From Halorussus marinus (lineage in GTDB: Archaea > Halobacteriota > Halobacteria > Halobacteriales > Haladaptataceae), in NCBI RefSeq assembly GCF_004765795.1, contig NZ_SBIV01000002.1:248001-312000 (forward strand): DNA of 64,000 bases. The letters run 5' to 3'. The position numbers and the translations under genes are program-made. A model generated the notes under the pieces. It saw only the letters and a program-made list of their open reading frames with translations, searched no databases and was not told where the DNA came from. Of this stretch, positions 62,915 through 64,000 are shown in pieces (within the stretch, counting starts at the first letter, position 1; each line of letters starts with the position of its first letter).

Positions 62915-63094
62915 CTACTGCGGTCGCCACCCGCAGACCGAACACTCGCTGGCCGCCGACTCGTGGAGTCCGCCACACTCCGGACACTGCTTTTTGTTAT
63001 AGTCCTGGTCCCAGCCGACGCTCTCGGTTTCGTGTCCGCGCTCGGAGAGGAACTGATCGAAGAGGTCGTCGTCGCCGGTCGGTGCGGTCGCCAT
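62915..63094 (-). CDS. CPxCG zinc-finger micro-protein (59 aa)
   Basis: MATAPTGDDDLFDQFL...KKQCPECGGLH...CSVCGW. Confidence 0.85.
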   Translation of the reverse strand: MATAPTGDDDLFDQFLSERGHETESVGWDQDYNKKQCPECGGLHESAASECSVCGWRPQ

Positions 63095-63381
63095 ACAGGG
63101 TGTGCTAACGCACACCACGCATATAACCGTATCGGTGTGACAACGTTCCAACTATATATACGCAACAGCTGATTTCTCCACAGATCGCACCTGTCACCGA
63201 TCGTAGGGCCGGCTTAATCGGCGTTTTCCGGCGAGATCAGGGCGTCGCAGTACAGGCGGCGAGCGAGACGCCGGCGGACGCCGCCGCGAGAAACGTCCGT
63301 CTGGCATACCCGCGGGGCTTCGCGCCGAGCCAATAGTATTTTTGACAAAATATTAAGCGGGGCCGCGGGAAAACGCCTTGT

Positions 63382-63957
63382 ATGCCCTCGCGAACGAACA
63401 CACCCGACTCGCCCGCTCGGAGACGAGTGCTCGCGACGGGGTCGCTCGCGCTGGTCGGCGGTGCTGGCTGTCTAGACTACGCGTCCGTCCGCGAGGCGGT
63501 CGACGCCGGGACCGAGCCGACCGACTCCGAAACCGAGACCGCCGACGGTGGAACCGAAACCGACTCCGCGAGCGAATCGACGGTCGACGGCCCGGGTGAT
63601 CGGTTTCGGATCGCTGTCTCGGAGAGCGACGGGGAACGCGAACTCCTCACGGGCGCGGACGTCGCGAGCGTCGGCGACGTCGAGCAATCGCGACAGGGCG
63701 GCTATCAGGTCCGGATGACGCTGACCGACGACGGGGCCGCGGCGTTCACCGACGGACTCGAACGTGCCGGCGCGTTCGACGACCCCGGCGCCCACGAGAT
63801 CCGCACCTACCTCGACGGCGAGCGCGTCCAGACCGCGACGTTGGGCCGCGACCTCGCCGCCGCCATGGCGGACGGCGAGTGGGACGGACGCCTGCTCGTT
63901 CGGGTGTCGGACCGCGAGGCCGCCGAGCGACTGAGAGACGCGGTCGAAAACGGGTGA
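63382..63957 (+). CDS. Tat lipoprotein with SecD/F P1-head-like domain
   Basis: ARRRVL...GAGC lipobox; LLTGADVASV...YQVRMTLTDDGAAAF...YLDGE resembles SecD periplasmic head. Confidence 0.65.
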   Translation: MPSRTNTPDSPARRRVLATGSLALVGGAGCLDYASVREAVDAGTEPTDSETETADGGTETDSASESTVDGPGDRFRIAVSESDGERELLTGADVASVGDVEQSRQGGYQVRMTLTDDGAAAFTDGLERAGAFDDPGAHEIRTYLDGERVQTATLGRDLAAAMADGEWDGRLLVRVSDREAAERLRDAVENG

Positions 63958-64000
63958 ACCCGCGAGGGCGCTTGCCGGCGGCTACTGGTAGTCGTCGAGT

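Overview
High-GC haloarchaeal (class Halobacteria) chromosomal window, mostly core genome. It holds the RNA polymerase cluster (rpoH-B''-B'-A'-A''-nusA) and the str-like cluster (rps12, rps7, EF-2, EF-1alpha, rps10), both split by inserted genes, plus two tRNA-Asp(GTC) and one tRNA-Ala(CGC). Also present are a crcB pair, two heme-type chemotaxis transducers, sepF, type II GAPDH, a pstSCAB-phoU operon, mutS/nucS, Sec61beta, pdxT, hisE, FAU-1, PrsW, riboflavin synthase, TrkA/APC, a UvrD-like helicase and several zinc-finger micro-proteins. I saw no transposase, integrase, CRISPR array or rRNA. The most unusual signals are small and structural. (1) A 48-nt double hairpin sits in frame inside a PUA-domain gene, like a coding palindromic element. 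(2) A ~230-bp tRNA-Asp unit is duplicated; each tRNA is followed 146 bp downstream by a copy of its own 3' end embedded in a T-arm-derived inverted repeat, and the two units bracket a truncated foreign gene. (3) An intergenic multi-hairpin REP/PATE-like element lies at 19852-19971. (4) A class III signal-peptide (pilin-like) gene is divergent from a HerA/FtsK-type ATPase. All family and DUF names come from motif recognition and memory, not database searches. Start codons were picked by eye, and GC and codon-usage remarks are visual impressions, not computed values.
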